Shown piece by piece: positions 63,018 through 64,000 of a stretch of DNA of 64,000 nucleotides (position 1 is the stretch's first letter; the number at the start of each line of letters is the position of its first letter). The notes below the pieces were generated by a model that saw only the letters and a list, made by a program, of their open reading frames with translations, did not search any database and was not told the origin of the DNA. Position numbers and translations under genes: made by a program. Source of the DNA: a virus (Duplodnaviria > Caudoviricetes); IMG/VR virus record IMGVR_UViG_3300044693_000229, positions 3,963-67,962 of that record; one strand, written 5' to 3'.

Positions 63018-64000
63018 TAGACATCAATCCTTTTAATCTTTTTCACGATAAACATGTCAATATCTTCAAGCTTGCGTCCCATCACGAGGAACCACGACCC
63101 TATGGGCGCTTCTTCGTAAATGCGCTGCCCAACGGATGGATAAAGCTCAGGTCTGATACGCATGCGGAAAGGCGAATCCGTTGAATCGTCAGTCATATAG
63201 AAATCGGCGAAAGCCGATGGCCCACGATAAGATTCACCGTTACGGCGCTTGATGCGATCGGGGCTATTTTCGTCAAGCAATGCCTTTTTTGTAAGCTTGG
63301 CAATCACAAGCCCCGTGTCATTGTCTTTTACTTTCTTGATGTTTTTGATTGGCAGACCCGAAGTCACTCCAATAAGTTCAGGATTTTTATAATAATGACC
63401 ATAAAGCGTATGCGCTTCATTGATATCGGCATATTTTACTTTGGCATTTGCCAATGATTCGCGGTCTTTTTCTGTGAGTATTCCAGCCGTGCGCTTTTGA
63501 ACATATGACAAAGCCTTGACGGCGCCATAGCCAACCGCATTGCGAATCCCACCAATCAGTCGTCCATCAGCTGCCACCCAATTCATCTGGCTATAGTCAG
63601 GATCAAGCGCTGTATATGTAATGCCTTCCTTGGCCAATTCGCGAAGGATCGCCACAACCTGGTCGTCATCCTTTGCCGAGCGCAAGCATGCAGCAGCAAA
63701 ATGCAAGGGATGATATCGCTTTAGGTACATGGTCCAATATGTCACGATAGCGTAGCTGCAGCTATGAGCGCGGTTAAAGCCATAACCGCCGAATGTGACC
63801 ATGGCATCCCAAAGCTTCGTTGCGGCTTCCTTCTCAACACCTCGTTCGGCCGCGCCAGCTACAAAATCGGGCAGCCATTGATTGATATATTCCGCGCCCT
63901 TGGATTTGGCCATGCCTTTGCGAACGGCAGACACTTTGGCCCAATCAAAGCCTCCGATATCTTTACAAACGGCCATGACCTGTTCCTGGTACAGAAACAC
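63017..64000 (-). CDS. dnaE: DNA polymerase III alpha subunit (family C), C-terminal part; gene continues past the window end
   Basis: LYQEQVM, VRKGMAK, GYGFNRAHSCSYA...YLKRYHP..F.AACL. Confidence 0.92.
   Translation of the reverse strand: MFLYQEQVMAVCKDIGGFDWAKVSAVRKGMAKSKGAEYINQWLPDFVAGAAERGVEKEAATKLWDAMVTFGGYGFNRAHSCSYAIVTYWTMYLKRYHPLHFAAACLRSAKDDDQVVAILRELAKEGITYTALDPDYSQMNWVAADGRLIGGIRNAVGYGAVKALSYVQKRTAGILTEKDRESLANAKVKYADINEAHTLYGHYYKNPELIGVTSGLPIKNIKKVKDNDTGLVIAKLTKKALLDENSPDRIKRRNGESYRGPSAFADFYMTDDSTDSPFRMRIRPELYPSVGQRIYEEAPIGSWFLVMGRKLEDIDMFIVKKIKRIDV

Noticed and set aside
1-64000. Stop-codon reassignment
   Set aside because: Core genes are full length under the standard code and use TAA, TGA and TAG as stops.

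Overview
This window is most of the genome of a lytic, contractile-tailed dsDNA phage with the gene content and order of the PB1/E217/Bcep781 group (Lindbergviridae-like). No integrase, transposase, reverse transcriptase or CRISPR array was seen. The host cannot be read from the sequence. From left to right: (1-5 kb, minus) a RecD/Dda-like helicase, a class-3 lipase and small ORFs; (5-8.4 kb, plus) a RepB-type primase and VirE/VapE helicase, followed by an AT-rich cluster of about 11 twelve-base repeats with a DnaA box (probable origin); (8.6-12.2 kb, plus) small ORFs, an E217-like small terminase and a lipoprotein; (12.3-27 kb, minus) tRNA-Gln(UUG), about 430 nt of strongly base-paired non-coding sequence just upstream of it, and a long accessory region. 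The accessory region has sigma70-like promoters sharing a TAGGATAC -10, a repeat-delimited array of tiny genes, a gp49/66-family protein, a MazG-like protein, two secreted proteins, an orphan antitoxin and a GHKL ATPase. Then (27-57 kb, plus) terminase, a portal fused to a pyrophosphatase-like domain, head, neck, sheath, tube, tape measure, baseplate, tail fibre and a GH19 endolysin; and (57-64 kb, minus) replication genes ending in a partial DNA polymerase III alpha. The best candidates for new biology are the tRNA-linked structured RNA, the repeat-delimited cassette array, the portal-pyrophosphatase fusion, the secreted Gly/Ser-rich protein pair and the phage lipase. All family assignments come from motif recognition by eye; no database search was run.
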